In this document: piece after piece, positions 40,291-52,540 of the stretch
Layout: the number at the start of each line of letters is the position of its first letter
Position numbering within the stretch: position 1 is the first letter of the stretch
NCBI GenBank assembly: GCA_036785375.1
Contig: JAWMAR010000167.1
Coordinates: forward strand, 5,208,001-5,272,000
Reading direction: 5' to 3'
DNA: 64,000 bases
Source: Leucoraja ocellata
Taxonomy: Eukaryota
Notes under the pieces: generated by a model
What the model was told of the DNA's origin: nothing
What the model saw: only the letters and a program-made list of their open reading frames with translations
Database searches by the model: none
Made by a program: the position numbers and the translations under genes

Positions 40291-40611
40291 AATTAGTTGG
40301 AAAGTGTGTTTTGGGAGGTGGGGCCAGAGTTGGAATCCACTGTCATGAGTGTCACTTCTGAAATGCAAGACCCTCTTTCTATTTCTCAATCCATGTTAAA
40401 ATATGCACTGAAAATCTAAATAAAACCGCATACTCTGGAAATCTGAAAAATGCTGGAAAGCACTACAGGTTAGGCAGCATCTGTGGACAGGGAAACAGTT
40501 AATGTTTCAGGTCCAGGACTCTGATATCAGATCTTGGAAAGAGATATACAGGTTAGTCCAAGTATCACAAAAGTTACAGTTAAGATCAGCTTAAGTTTTA
40601 TTTGTGTAATG

Positions 40612-40957
40612 CAGTGGTTCCCAACCTTTTTTTGGCCATGCCCCACCTAATCACCTCTAAAATCCTGATGCCCCCCCCCCCCCCCCCCCATGTGGTGATA
40701 TATAATTCTTATCATTTAAAAAGTGAACTCCGTTTCAGCTGAAGAAGCTTAAAAAGCCAATACCTTGGTTGTAATAACTACACAATAAAGACCTTTTTAA
40801 CCCCCAAAAAATTATTTACTCAAAATAACATCTGAAACATAAACTACATAAACTACAAATCGAAAATTTGGACCCAGACCTCAGTCGCGCTCAATTGCCC
40901 CCCTTAAAAATCAAATTGCCCCCCTGTGGGGCGTACGCCCCACGTTGGGAACCACTG
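40612..40957. mobile_element. hAT (Charlie-like) non-autonomous element in a CSGALNACT2 intron
   Basis: TIR CAGTGGTTCCCAAC / GTTGGGAACCACTG; perfect 8-bp TSD GTGTAATG (40604-40611, 40958-40965). Confidence 0.88.
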
Positions 40958-41007
40958 GTGTAATGTATAGCTAATATGTAGTTGGCATAAAAATGTTAAT
41001 ACTGCAC

Positions 41008-41686
41008 CTTCCACAAAGTCATTCTCAGTGTAGGTATGCTTCTGCATTCGATTATCATCTTCCTCATCGTCATCATTGATCTCGGCATTAGCATCCTCTT
41101 CCTCTGGGTTATTCAGCACCTCCAAGCCAGCCTCAATGGCTTCAGCAAAGTCATCCCTTCGATCCTTCCTCACCACTTTCTCCTCAGGGTGCCGCGTCAG
41201 GCCCATCTCCAGCTGGTAAACTTTATTCAAAGTAAAGCTTTCAAAGGGCACCACGGCATACTCACTGGGCACCCGGGCGCCGATGCTAACCTCAGCTTTA
41301 TCAATCTGGGAGTGCAGGAACTCCAGCAGATCATTGGGCAAGTTCTCCTTGCTGCTCGGTGCTCCACCCAAGGTTTGAGATGGCCCCTTTTTCTCTTGGA
41401 CATTTTTCAGCTTCTCGCTCATTTCCTGCAGCTCCTGCTTCAGCTGGGTGATCTGCCGCTTGAGGCTAGCGGCACGAGTTAAGTAGTGCTCTTCCTGCTC
41501 CTGAAGGAGAGCTTGATAGTACTCTTTACCATACTGCTTGCCTGGAACGCCGAGGAGCAGGGGATCATTGTCTGGCCGAGGGGTGCATTCCAACAAGTAC
41601 AGTAGGGAGATGAGACTGAAAAACAGAGTGAGGCCGAGAACCAGGCGCCTTGTCCAAACTTTGATTAGTAGGCTTCGGCGAGGCAT
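41008..41686 (-). CDS. CSGALNACT2: CSGALNACT2 first coding exon, coding part (679 nt): cytoplasmic tail, TM anchor, coiled-coil stem
   Basis: Translates MPRRSLLIKVWTRRLVLGLTLFFSLISLLYLLEC...YGKEYYQALLQEQEEHY...LLEFLHSQIDKAEVSIG...LEMGLTRHPEEK...ENDFVE(G), recognisably CSGALNACT2. GT donor at 41007-41006 (GAAG|gtgcag), phase 1. Confidence 0.97.
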
Positions 41687-42416
41687 TACTTCAAGAATTA
41701 TGGTGCACTCTTCTAAAGTTTATTCCAATCCAGCTACTTTCAAAGTAGCCATGTGGAGATTATAGTCAGATGCTCTCCAATGGTTCCAATTCTGCTTAGA
41801 ATTTGGTTTCTTCCAAGTTAGTAAAAATAAACCAAGCAGGTCCAATGGAGATTTGGGGTTTGTCCTCAGCAGTTGAGCTTTGAGCCGGCTAGAATTGAGA
41901 TGATTCAACAATGCTCCAGTACAGACAACTGGTCCCTGGTTGTGGTTTATCTCTACTGTGAAGTGCAGCTCCAGCCCATTCACAGTGAGGCCCCTTTTTG
42001 AAGCCAAAGGCTTTTTATGGCGTGGCGCCAGTGCTATTTTATTGGCATTAGCCTACAGCCTATTTGCTTGAAGTTGAAGGCAGCAATTTCCAGTGAATTG
42101 GGTGCCCAAAGGTTTCATGCAGGCAAGGCAAACGTCAAAGGATGACTGCTGATCAAGAACAGGCTACTGAGTACTTTAATGCTGCTAATTAAACAGGTCA
42201 GAGCAAACCAGGGTTTTGAAAAGCAGCAAACACCGAGTGAAAATAAAGGTCACCAGATTCCATTATGTCCAAAAGAAAAGGAACTTTACAGTGTTTGTTA
42301 AACAACCTTGATTTTGCCATTAATTATTCCTGGCATCACTGGAGGGTGTTACTTGCTGACTTTACCCAGATTTAGTTACTAGCTCTACTTGAATTAGTGA
42401 CTTCAGAATCTGTCTC
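41687..42416 (-). other. CSGALNACT2: Probable 5'UTR portion of the first coding exon of CSGALNACT2
   Basis: Strong polypyrimidine tract plus AG (ttttctttttcttctctgcccttttcag|GAGAC) at 42417-42445 on the minus strand; no recognisable repeat between it and the ATG. Confidence 0.55.
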
Positions 42417-43239
42417 CTGAAAAGGGCAGAGAAGAAAAAGAAAATTAGGTTAAAGTCCAAATGAAGACATTTTTTAAGTACAGAAAACAACATGCATACT
42501 TTAACCAGCTTTACAACTAAAACTCATAACACTTAGATAACAAACTATTCAATTTGTAGAATATAAGGATGAGTAAAGTATAAAATAGTTGTAAAAAGGT
42601 ATTTTGCATTTATCTACAACACCCTTAATGCATGCAATCCCTCAAAGTGCTTCATGGCAGAGAAATCAAACTTTGACAGCAAACTATCTAGCAAACTCAG
42701 AACATATGGCGCGCAGAAGGAGCAGATACAGGAGAGGGCATTCCATAATACGTGACAACTAATGGTGCATCAATCAAAATCACAGATGCACGATAGATCA
42801 GAAATGGTGGATTGTAAAGATCTTTGTAGTATGTTGGAGGGGTACGAGATAAGGAAGGGCAGGCCATGAAGGAATTTGAGCACCTTGTTGTAACTTCTGG
42901 AAGACACTATCAGTTTCAGGAGACAATAATCATTGTTGGAATGAAACATTTTCACCATATATAACAACAGAAATAAAACAAAAAATAAGTAGATTGGGTG
43001 ATCACTTTGTCTGCAGCATCTTTCATTTCCCCAGCAATGCTCATGCAAATTAGAGGAGAAGCTTATCTTCCATCCAGATACTTCAAAACCTACTGGAGTG
43101 AATAATAATGTTTTTATCTTCTGGTAAACTGCTCTCTTATCATTTCTCGTTGTCCTTTGTATCCTTTTCTGGTATTGGTTTATTATTGTCATATACTTTG
43201 AGATACAGTAAAAACATTTGCTTGGTGAGCTATTCAGGT

Positions 43240-44320
43240 AGATCATCAAAAGTCAAGTCAAGAGTATTTAAATGTTATGTGCACAGGGATGAAACGGTGA
43301 AATCTTTATTTGCTGGAGCTTCACAGACACATTAACACAATCACACAACAGATAATTATACAATTAGCAATAATACATTCAATTATCAGTTATACCAGGT
43401 AACTACATTATAATAGTGGTTTGGCACCGAGGTAGCGTTGTGGTCGGGCTTTTGCAAGTTCAAGAGCGCAATATTTAATGGGAAGATGATGTTCTTGAAC
43501 CTGGAGGTAACAGTTTCCACCCTTCTGTACCTTTTCCCCGATGGGTGCAGCAAGGTGAGAGCATGGCCAGAGTGTTACAGGGCTTTGGTGATATTAGCTG
43601 CCTTCTTGAGGCAATGCTTCCTGTAGATCCTTTAGATGGTGGGGATGTCAATACCATGATCGCCAGGGCAAAGTCCACCACTCTCTACAGCCCACTTCAT
43701 TCTTGACGTCCGGGTTACCAAACCAGGCCACGATGCAAACAGTCAATATCCTCCCCACGGTACATCTGTCGAAGTTTAATACAGTACATGCTGAATCTCC
43801 TCAAATTCATGTGGAAGTACAAGTGTTGATGAGCTTTGTTTTTGGTTACATCAATGTGCTGGACCCATAATGGATCACCAGAGATGTGTATGCCCAGGAT
43901 CCTGAAGCTGTTGACTCTCACCACTTCTATCCTGCTGATAAAGAATGTTGACCCTTCCTGTAGTCAATAATCAGCTGCATGGTCTTGCTAACGCTCAGAG
44001 CAAGATTGTTGTTCTAGCACCATTCAATCAGATTATTAATCTTCCTCCTGTACCCTGACTTCATTACCTGCTATTCACCCAAAAACAGTGGAATCACCAG
44101 TGAATTTAAACATGGCATTGAAATGAAGTCATGGGTACAGGGAGAGTAAAATAGGGAACTGAGTACACAGTTTTGAAGTGGCCCAGTGCTGGTAATCAGC
44201 GAGCCGGAAGTGTTGCCAATTCAAACCGACTGAGGTCTGCCCATGGGGAAGTAGAGAATCTTGTTGCACAGTGACAGATATAGATCCAGTTCCCATGTAT
44301 ACAACCTTCTCCAAACTCAC
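43240..44320 (-). mobile_element. Decayed Rex1/Babar-like LINE 3' part (DUF1891-type C-terminus)
   Basis: VNSFRILGIHISGDPLWVQHIDVTKNKAHQHLYFHMNLRRF resembles FKFLGVHISxDLxWxxxxxxxxKKAQQRLYFLRRL; (tgact)n-type tail near 43250. Confidence 0.7.
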
Positions 44321-44325
44321 ACTGG

Positions 44326-44398
44326 CCTATGCATTTACCACGTATTTTCCATATAATTCGTCCACCTATGCATTTACCACATATTTTCCATATAATTC
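44326..44398. repeat. Direct tandem duplication, ~39-bp period
   Basis: cctatgcatttaccac(g/a)tattttccatataattc occurs twice. Confidence 0.85.
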
Positions 44399-44786
44399 AA
44401 GGCCTTCAACGTTTATAATTTAAAAATAATATTTTGATCATTTCCTTTACTCAGGCTCCAGCAAGCTTAAGCAGCCAGTTAGACCTCAGCAGAAGACAGA
44501 CGACAGCTATCAAGTTCCACGTTGCAATTCAAAAAAGAGCTTGAGGTAATTATGTTTTAAGTGACCTAACTACCAGCAGATAGTACAAGTACACTGGGTC
44601 ACACCTGTGCCTTTGATGTCTACTACAGTGGACAACTCACCTCCACTGACTCTCACTATATAATAAAATGATCTCAAGAACCGCTATCTGAGGACCCAGT
44701 GCCGGAGAAAGAAAGATGGCTAAAAAGAAGCAATATCTTAAAGAACAATAGAACATTTTCCTTAAATCCACAGCAGTAACTGTAGT

Positions 44787-44920
44787 TAGACAAAAATGCT
44801 GGAGAAACTCAGCGGGTGAGGCAGCATCTATGGAGCGAAGGAGATAAGCAACGTTTCGGGCCGAAACCCTTCTTCAGACTGGTTTCAGGTTTTCCAGCAT
44901 CTGCAGTTCCTTCTTAAACA
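44787..44920. mobile_element. Penelope-derived repeat, subfamily 2; minus-strand core at 44850-44877
   Basis: Reverse complement reads CTGAAGAAGGGT-TTCG-GCCC-GAAACGTT. Confidence 0.72.
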
Positions 44921-46739
44921 AGTAATTGTATTTACATCTGTTTACTTCATTTGTCCATCAGCATTAAATACGAACCATTAAAAGTCCAGACAGTGCGTAA
45001 CCACTTAAAAAGTCCCCTGGACATTCTACACCCTGTTCAATGCTGTGAGACCAGGACTGAAGAAATAGCTCCCAGCATTAATATAACTGTACCACCGTTA
45101 GCTCAAAGGTTTTGTTACCAGGGAATCTAAATTGACGTGATGCCAAAATCCTTTCTAATTTCTTCTTTGAATAGAGATATGAAAAAGCAGAATCTAGTTG
45201 CTAAAATGTATAGAAACTTTGTTTTAACTACATCCTGAATGTAGCCAATTATATTCTTCCCTTAACTCGTCCCAGCCAAATTTCCCTCATTTTTTCCTGA
45301 ACACAATATTAATCTCAGGGACAACTCCATCCATCCCAATCAACAGGTTTACTTTACATAACATTTTAAATTATATAACATAAAAGGGACAATTGCACTC
45401 CACATGCTTCTTCTGGCTCTTTGGAAATTCTATCCAATTAGTCTCGTTCCAGGCAAGGGGAAAGAGTGGGAGAAAAAATTCCCTTCAGTAAGGGAGCTAT
45501 CCATGTGGATAAAACATTAAGGCAGGGAAAGCATTAACCTCACCTCCTCCATTTTGCTGAGAATCTCAATGTATTCAAGAAGATAAATCTCATGGGTTTA
45601 GATCCTAGAGATCCTAAAATACGATAGGTGGAATTGGAGAGTTTTAGAGGATCTGGGATAAGAAGACAAAATATTTTCTGTATCATTACAATATAATCCT
45701 CCAAATTGCAGATACTATTTTATAGAAATTACGGCATGTTTACAGGGTGCAGGTAGAATTTTACAGAGGATCTTGAAATATGTCAGGAGTAAATTCTATC
45801 AATCACTGGGATAAGATTGCAAGTGGATGAATTGCAATGGAACTCTGACCATTTTTGCAGGGAATACAGTTATATTAAAAAAAAGCAATGTCCTGAAATG
45901 TTTTCAAATGCTTGGTAAGGATGTGAACATATGGATGTAACATATAACATTCAAAAAAAAAAACTGGAATCTTCAGAAGAAATTTTTCCACTTAGTAACA
46001 CTATTCAAAATTTCATCATCCCAACTTCCTGCTCCTCGTCACAGAATTCTTGTCTCTCCGGAGCTGTTGTTCATAGTTTCCATTATTCAAGAACGGCTAA
46101 CTATTCCATGAAGTTCTTACAAACACATTTGGTTCCAACGTACTTACTCCAAAACCCAAGACAGCAAACCAAAAATAACTCATCCAAGCCATGGGTGGAT
46201 TTTCTCCAAGATTTTCGGTTATTAAACTAAACTAAGCCGCGGATCTGCAACATGGCTAACACATGTCTGCACAGCCGCCTTCATCAGAAGACTGGACTCA
46301 ACATTTAATGTAGGGAAAGATTGCATAAAGTAATTCCAGCTCAGTATCTCATCTTCCCTATAGTTTTATTCCCTTCCCTCTGTTTTACAGAACCCAAATG
46401 CTAGAAATACTCAGCAGGTCTGGCAGCATCTACAGAAAGGTATGAAAAGCAGTTACTTTTCAGGTCCAGAACTTTTCTCTGAAGTGAGAAAGATAGAGAA
46501 AAAAAGGGAAGTTTTAGGTCTCAGAGAAGGTGGAGGAGGGTTATAGTTGGAACCAAAGGAACGTCTCTAACAGGGTGAGCCTCTTGACCTCATATGGCAG
46601 TTAATACCACATTTATCTTCTTAAACTGTGGGATGTGATCAGCAGCATAGATTATAAGATAAAAATGTGCCTAAATGACAGCAAGTAGAAATGGCCAGCT
46701 CTGATACAAACATAAGGAAAGAGTTATCCACAGTTGGCC

Positions 46740-46950
46740 AATTCAATACCAAATCCTACAAAGTATCCAGATAGAAGAAGAGCTGTTGTTCCTTAAGAGT
46801 GCATTGGGCCTCGATGTAATACTGCAGAAAGGTCAGAGTGTAGGTTGGACAATGAACAGTGGCAGGAAACCTGAAGATCAGGGTCACTCCTGTGGACTGA
46901 TTACAGGTGCTTTGCAAAGCACTCACCCAATCTTTCCACACATTACTGAC
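46740..46950 (-). mobile_element. Decayed Penelope-like ORF C-terminus (GIY-YIG region end)
   Basis: ...LQYYIEAQCTLKEQQLFFYLDTL resembles the xEAxRKLEEQHLIFRLGTL ending of fish Penelope elements. Similar remnants at ~35150-35490 (-) and ~43000-43130 (+, KLEEKLIFHPDTSKPTGVN). Confidence 0.5.
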
Positions 46951-47739
46951 TTGCATATTCTCTTTTTCTTTCAGATTTACAGCAATTTCTGGGATTTTTT
47001 TAAACTCTTTTTATAAACACCCCAGACTTATTTTCATCATAGTTTTCAACTGGTAGCGTCGACTTTTGGGTCATTCCGTTTCTTGTGGTCACCGCCTCAC
47101 CAACTTCCCCTTTTGTTCATTGCACCCTTTTCCTCCTTTACAACTTAATATTTGTTTGTTTCTAATGTTTTCCATCTGAAATATTAACTGTACCTCACTC
47201 CATAGTTGCTGGTTAACCTGCAGAATATTTCAGCGATTTTGTGCTTTATATGGTGAAATCAGTACTACAATGATCCCAAAATCTAAATGACCTCCATTTT
47301 CATGTAATGTTCTATGATTATGCTAACATTTACACCCGAAAAGGTACCTTTTTGAGTCCTATATGATCTCTTTACAACTATGGTAAGCAATGCATTAACT
47401 AATCGTATCAAATGGCATAGGGAATATCTAAGAGCACAGCTTGTAAAATGCAGCAGTGCATAAGGTTTTTTTTTTAAATTAAAGAAAACAAGTAGATTGT
47501 TCGGTAGCTGACATACACTTCCTTTGGGTGGAGTCCAAGTTAATACAAATCTTAAAATGGAATTGCTGCTGCAATGGAAATAAAGATCTGTGTGTTCTAT
47601 CAGAATTCAAAGCAAGGATTTGAACAACAGGAACCACAATTAAACATGGCAACTTATCTTTAATGTAGTAAAATGTCACTGTGCATCCCACAGGAACACC
47701 ATCAAATAAAACTGCCACTGCCACAAACAAACTACGAGG

Positions 47740-47940
47740 ATAGACACAAAATGCTGGACTAACTCAGCGGGTCAGGCAGCATCTCTGGAGAAAAGGAATA
47801 GAAGACGTTTCAGGTCGAGACCCTTCATCACTTAGTCTGAAGGGTCTCGACCCGAAATGTCACCTATTCCTTTTCTCCAGAGATGCTGCCTTATCCGCTG
47901 AGTTACTCCAGCATTTTGCGTCTATCTTCAGTAAACCAGC
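47740..47940. mobile_element. Penelope-derived fold-back element
   Basis: Two inverted arms around cccttcatcacttagtctgaagggtc. Confidence 0.75.
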
Positions 47941-50436
47941 ATATTTCATACAGAATTATTAGGAGAACTGATCAAACTTTCAAACAAAGTTTAGTTCAAA
48001 CAGCATCAAAATGGTAATAGACATGTCAAAGGCTGAGGGATTTAATTGCAGAATTTATGACCCAGGCAAATGAAGAGTGCGATATCAAAAACAGTGCAAT
48101 TAAAACTGGAATAAAAATGAATCCAGAATTAAAAGGCTACAGAACTAACATTGTTAAATAACCACACCAAGAACAGTGAATTCTGTTTAAAAATACAATC
48201 AAAGGAACCACACACAAGAAAGCAGCTGGGGACAGAAAAGCAAAGTGGGTGGAAATAGTCTGAAATCAAAACACCAACTCACTTCAGATTCATTCTAATC
48301 TAACCCAAGTATTTCCCATCTCTCTTATTGGCAGATATCTTGCAGTTGAAGTTAATAAAAGATAAGTGTTTACTTACAATTACAAATTAAAAATCACACA
48401 ATAAACCAGAGGTTTGAGCAGATTTTCAGGTGGTCAAATAAATTGTATACTGAAGCAATGATTAATACACAAGACTAACTTAATAGACCGTGTATATTTC
48501 ATATGTGAAGTGTTACTAAGCCTATTCACTTCAATGCCTCAAATATAACTCAAATGAGACCTTGGTTATTTACATTTCCTGTAGGAGGGAGACAATAGTG
48601 ATCTCAATCCTGGCAACAGCATCTCACAATTCATATTTGCCAGGAATAGACCAGAATCATAACACATTTAAATTACAGCACCATCAGTATTATATTTGAG
48701 AAATGTTAATAGTAAGGGTTAACCTGGAAGTATCAGAATTTTACTTATCTAAGAGAAAGCAGGATTGACTCCTATTCACAATCTTCCTGTTAAATGTATA
48801 TTTGCGTTCTTAGCTAAGCTTTGCAAATAAATAACAATAATGGATTTAAATATGAACAAAATCTTATTGTAGCAAGTTCATTTTCTGAAACGGGCTTTAT
48901 TATCTTCCCAACAGAAGTCATTTACACTATCCCAATTTTTTTTGTCTTAACCTTTGCTAAAACCCACCTTTTTAAGTGCCTCGATCCTTTAATCTTTACA
49001 TCTGGTTTCCACCTACATCCCCGCCCCGAGGACATAATTAAGCTTACAAGAAAGGTTGCTGCAATCTTAAGTCTTAGGTTAGCGGAGTAATTTGTGGCAA
49101 TAACAGCAAACGTATTGTTTAGAGAGGGCCAGAGACCTTGGAGGTAGCTTTTCCAGACTTTTTCAAACATTAAAATACGAACTGACCAAACAGTCCTTCC
49201 TGCCTCCATGCTCTGTCTACTTTTGTGAGTAACAACTTACCCATATCAGTCCACTTGCTCTCCAAGCGTGTTTAATACCATCGGGAAGGGAAGAAAGACA
49301 CTTCAGTGTCTAACTACAAATGCCTTGGTCAAAGCGGCCCATGTGTTTGTCATTACTCGAACCATCTGTAACTCCCTGCAGCCCAGGCCATCGGTGCTTT
49401 ATTTATTTGCTGTGAGCGTTGTGCCGAGCTGGAACTTGCAGCAATGTCTGTAAAACTGCTGAAGATTTATTTTCCAGTGAATATGAAGGAGGAGAAGTTG
49501 GTAAGAGGAGGGGCATAAAAGGAAATGAGGAAGACTGCTTTCTTGGCAACTGGACTCCCGACAAAACAAAACTTTACTTAAGAGAACCTGACACTCTTCT
49601 TATCTCAAGGTTCCAAATCCCCCTGGTTTCTTTCCAATTTCTTGCTTTGCAGATCTGTTAGAAGGATAGAAAAAATATGTATTTGGTCGTTATGTTTGTA
49701 AGCAAGTTAACTGCAAGTATTCTTGTCCCAATTTGGTCAAACCACAGCTTCACATCGATCTTTGAAATAGGCTGAACAACAATCAACTGGACTTCTGTAG
49801 CACTTTTCTCACATAAACATATTTTTTAATCCAGAACCAAGCAACAATATGTGATATTGGAACCGGCCACTAAAACGTTGTTGACAAGAGTGGGTTTCAA
49901 ACAGGAGGGAGGAGGGGATTGGGAAGAGACACAATTCCCCCTTAAATATATTTCCATTATCTCCCATAACAACTCTTCTTGGTAGAAAGCTCCACATTCT
50001 TACCATTCTCAACAAAGAGATATATTTTGATATCCCACGTGGATTAATTAGTGGGATCTATCACAAATGGTAATGTTGACAAAATTGTAAAGCTAATGCA
50101 AAGCTATTTGGAATAAAAATATTCCAAACTGTACATGCACAATAGATTTATTTTGGATTTAAGATGCAAAATAGTTTTATTCTACAGTTTAAATATGAAG
50201 TCACCATTGAGCAATTCAGCAGTCATGCAGCATCCGTGGAGGGAATGATTCGCTGACGATTTTAGTCAGGACCCTTCTTCAGACTGATGTCAAGTTATAT
50301 AACTAAAAGCTTGTGGTATTTTTAACAGAACCATTACAGCAACTTTATACATTGAATGATCTCTAAAATATCATGCGGATGATCTGCTTTAAGTATGTTA
50401 CTTAAATTTTCCCTTGAATGACCCACACTTCAATGT

Positions 50437-50627
50437 GTAGGAAGGAATTGCAGATGCTGGTTTAAACCGAAGATAGACACAAAATGCTGGAGTAACTCAG
50501 CGGGACATGCAGCGTCTCTGGAGAGAAGGAATGGGTGACGTTTCAGGTCGAGACCCTTCTTCAGACTGATCAGACTTCTCCAGAGATGCTGCCTGTCCCG
50601 CTGAGTTACTCCAGTAATTTGCGTCTA
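50437..50627. mobile_element. Penelope-derived fold-back element; minus-strand core at 50537-50564
   Basis: Family consensus; flanking duplication cccacacttcaatgt / cccacatttcaatgt. Confidence 0.78.
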
Positions 50628-52227
50628 CCCACATTTCAATGTTTAGTATGTAGAATTATAACTATTTATAGGGATCACTGAAATAGTCTTTTAAAAGATG
50701 AAAATCTATGTGGAGAATTGGGATCCTTCTCCCTTCTATTTCTGTATGCTGAATATTCTTGACTAGACTTTTGAGTCCTGGCAACAGAATAGGACGAAGT
50801 GGCTTGGACAAGCTTCTAAACCACACAGTGCCAGGGTAATGAATGAACACATTCATGGCCGGTTGCGTGTGCCAAACTGACATCAGATTCACTCATTATT
50901 TCTGCAGGGGACTGGTGCCCAGGTGGAACATAAAACTTTCCAAGCCTCATAACTGTGAGTTGACTAAGATCCATATCCACCTTTGCAGAGAATCCCAACT
51001 AAAAAGCACAGAACAGAATGGAGGGCACTGCTCCTGCCTAAAGATGTCCATCAGCTTTGCAGCCAGCCATGATATATGCATTTATTCCCAATTTATGTTG
51101 TCTGCTGTGAAATGGGGCAGATGGACAATATTCATAAGCTCTAGGTGCAGATTTAGGCCATTCAGCCCATCAAGTCTACTCCACCATGGCTGATCTATCT
51201 TTCCTTCTCAATCCCATCTCCTGCCTTCGCTCCATAACCCCCGACACCCTTCCTAATCAAGGATCTCTACCTTATAAATATCTATTGACGGCCTCCATAG
51301 CTGTGTGTGGCAATTAATTCCACAGATTCACCACCCTCTGACTAAAGAAATTCCTTCTCATCTCCTTTCTAAAGGTATGTCCTTATATTCTGAGGCTATG
51401 GTCTCTGGTCCTAGACACCTCCACTAATGGAAACATCCTCTCTATATTTGCTCTATCCAGGCTGTATGATATTAGTAATTTCAAAGAGGAAAAAAATAAT
51501 ATATTGCATGTGAGAAGATGAATCCTATAAGCATTTACCTTATGGTGTGATCATGGAAAAATGATGAAAATAAAATTTTAACACTTGGTAATTTGAACTT
51601 TGAGAGGGATTTTTTATAAGAGGTTAGTCCAGCTTGTGCAAGTCATATTATGACTACAGATCAGAAAGACAAAAATTCCAGTGAAATCTATGAAGTTGGT
51701 GAGGGAAGGGAGGAAAGGTGCAATGTTAAATCTTTATGATTACTTATTTGGTTTAAGAAAATACTGCAGGAGAACCAGTGTAATCTAAAACTCATTGAAG
51801 TGTTAAAGCAACTAAAGGAAAAAGTATCAACACCAAAAGCAAACCTGTACTTAAACATTTCTTGTTTGATTAAATATATGGCTAGTACCCTGTGATCAAA
51901 TGGCCTAACTTTACGGTGAGAATGAACTTAGGGTAAAAAACATAGAACTTAATTTTCTTAAGGGAAGGAAGCAGAGTAAAGAATGGAACTCTCTGCCATT
52001 ATAACACAATTTAATAAATCTATAAAATCACAATAATGAATCACAATTAAACTATAAATTATTGCTATCTCCTGCATTAGTGGAGCATTTTCATTGTTTG
52101 TTCTTGCAGAGAATTATTTTTGCATGGAAACCTATATTCTACCTGAATTGGTACCCACCCAAAAATATATCTGGGAGTATTCTTGCAATTTTACGTCATG
52201 AATTTCCAGATAACAAAGGTCCAAAAG

Positions 52228-52540
52228 GCAGCATGGTGGCTCAGCTGTAGAATTGCAGCTTTACAGCTCCAGAGGCCCGGGTTCGATCCTGACTACGGAT
52301 GCTGTCTGTGCGGAGTTTGCATGCTCTTTCCGTGACCTGCGTGACTTTTCTTCGTAATCTCTGGTTTCCTTCCACATTCCAAAGACAAGCTGGTTTGTAG
52401 GTTAATTGGCTTGGTATCATTGTAAATTGTCCTTAGTGTGTGTGAGATAGCGGTAGTGTGCGGGGATCGCTGGTCGGCGCGGATTCATTGGGCTGAAGGG
52501 CCTATTTCCGCGCTATATCTGACTATCTCTAAAATAAACT
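52228..52540 (+). mobile_element. tRNA-derived SINE, full length
   Basis: A-box tggctcagctgt, B-box ggttcgatcc, core, 3' LINE-derived tail. Confidence 0.82.

Noticed and set aside
41036-41482. 148-aa plus-strand ORF
   Set aside because: Antisense shadow of the CSGALNACT2 coding exon.
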